From assembly GCF_006345805.1 (NCBI RefSeq), contig NC_042999.1:42346001-42410000 (forward strand): DNA of 64,000 bases, read 5' to 3'. The position numbers were made by a program, and so were the translations under genes. The notes under the pieces were generated by a model. That model was not told the origin of the DNA, ran no database searches, and was given only the letters and a program-made list of their open reading frames with translations. Source of the DNA: Octopus sinensis (Eukaryota). Shown in pieces: positions 62,325 through 64,000 of the stretch (position 1 is the stretch's first letter; each line of letters begins with the position of its first letter).

Positions 62325-64000
62325 TTTGTTATTTTATTTTATTTTATCTAGTTTCAGCTCACGAGCTGTGGCCATGCTGGGGGCACCGCCATTTGGTGTT
62401 GCTACATGATTTTACTTCACGAATGCTTTTTAGCAATTGCCATTTGGTGCATGAGAGAGTTCGATGTAGCTGCCCTCATCTGCACCTCCTGCCATGAAGT
62501 TGGTTCATCTGGGACACCTGACAGGAAGAGATCTAGTTTTATTTTAAAGACATCTGCATCCACCCCATGCAGGTCTCTCAGGTTCTTCGGGAGGATATTG
62601 AAGAGTTGTGGGCCTCTGAAGCCCAGGCTATCACAGTATCTTGTCCTACATCTTCATGGCAAATTTGAAGTCCTTGGCACTATGCAGTGGTACCCAGTTC
62701 TGGCATTTGTGTAACTCTTGATGCCAAAGTTTGGGACAAGTCCTTCAAGGATCTTCCAGATGTATATTATGGCATATCTCTCTCGCCTATGCTCTAAGGA
62801 ATAGAGTCTTAATCTCTTGAGTCTTTCCCAGTAGCTTATATGCTGCACAGAGGCTATCTTCTTCATGTAGCTTCGTTGGATCGCCTCAAGTTCCATGATT
62901 AACTTGACACTGGATAGTGACCATAGCTGAGAGCAATAGTCAAAGTGGCTTAGGACAAGTGTCCTCCAGAGGACCATCATGGTTTCCTGGTCTCTTGTTC
63001 TAAAGGTTCTAAGAATCCATCCGGTCAGCCGCCTACATTTCATTGCCAATTTAGCAACATGCACATGAAAGGTTGCATCATCACTCATGTAAATGCCCAG
63101 GTCTCGCACTGATTGTGCTTCTGGGATTGCAATCCCTCCAGGTCCAGTGTATTTATTGGGTATTGCATTTAGTTTTGCATGCTGATAGCATAAAGCTTGA
63201 AACTTTTCAGCATTGAACTGCATGTTATTCTTTTCAGCCCATTTGTATATTTTGTCCAGCTCACATTGCAGGTGCTTAGTGTTTTCAGGGTTCTGTATTG
63301 CCTGTGAAACTTTTGTATCATCTGCATAACTTGTGATCGTGGCTCTCTGCGTGGCTGAGGGCATGTCTGAGAGGGCCATTATGAACAGTAGTGGTCCAAA
63401 AACAGTGCCTTGCGGAACACTGCTCACTATTTGCGTGTTAATGGAAGTGGCCCCATTGGCTACTACCACCTGACTTCTATCCTTCAGAAAGTCATGAAGC
63501 CATTCTCCCAATTTTCCAACTATGCCAAGATCACGCAGTTTGTGACATATCATTCCATGATCGACTTTATCAAAGGCCTTTGCAAAGTCGAGATATATGA
63601 CTTCCACATTTGAGTGGTTGAGCAGTCGTTTCAGCACCCAGTCATAGTGTTGTAGGAGCTGAGTTAAGCAGCTTCTTCCTCGTCGGAAACCATGTTGGGT
63701 GTCAGGCAGCAAGTCATTTTCTTCAAGGAAGGTGATTAGTTTCCTTCTGACTATTCGTTCCATGACCTTGCTGATGTGTGAGGTCAGAGACATAGGTCTG
63801 TAGTTCTTGGCCTCCGCTCTGCTACCTCCTTTATGAATAGGGCATATTTTACCTTCTTTCAGTTTTCTTGGAAGTTTACCAGTTGCAAGGAAGCTCTGAA
63901 AGAGGAACTGCAGTGGTCTTGCTAGGACTCTCTTACATACTTGTAGAAGGATTGCTGGGAATCCATCGGGGCCAGTAGCTGAGTTTGTTTTCATTTCAGC
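62325..64000 (-). mobile_element. CR1-clade LINE: 3' part of ORF2, 3' UTR and (ATAAA)n tail; runs off the window
   Basis: RT motifs NYRPMSLTS, QHGFR, YLDFAKAFDKVDH, VPQGTVFGPLLF, YADD, RDLG; tail GGCGGTGCCCCCAGCATGGCCACAGCTCGTGAGCTGAAACTAG. Confidence 0.95.
62417..64000 (-). pseudogene. CR1 reverse transcriptase ORF2, open except for one in-frame TGA at 62654-62656
   Basis: After LP* the same frame continues RCRTRYCDSLGFRGPQLFNILPK...VPDEPT...AIAKKHS* to a stop at 62417-62419. Confidence 0.9.

Overview
64 kb of repeat-dominated animal genomic DNA. The SINE, LINE and microsatellite repertoire points to a coleoid cephalopod, probably Octopus (inference, no database search run). One host gene is well supported: CCDC97 on the + strand, with four coding exons (30921-31688, 35388-35433, 36564-36678, 38365-38479), 347 aa, phase-consistent GT-AG introns and a splice acceptor just before the ATG. 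Most of the rest is mobile DNA. SINEs: three tRNA-headed families, with about 20 copies of the commonest. Non-LTR retrotransposons: a young CR1-type RT, RTE pieces carrying a PHD finger, Dong/R4 pieces inside (AAT)n tracts, an L1/Tx1-like 3' end and Penelope-like fragments. DNA transposons: a near-intact D,D34D mariner, two mariner derivatives with two 5' ends, Tigger relics, and a 3.26-kb hAT with a second hAT MITE nested in it. Highlights: (1) a palindromic element made of two tRNA-head plus hammerhead-ribozyme units, and two other hammerhead-like families; (2) a 2.4-kb double inverted duplication inserted in a SINE's internal TA tract; (3) a SINE/CR1 shared 3' tail with compensatory hairpin changes; (4) (AAT)n-targeted insertions; (5) several fold-back hairpins, one pre-miRNA-like. 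Most short ORFs in the supplied track are microsatellite or SINE artefacts. Coordinates of degenerate repeats are approximate.
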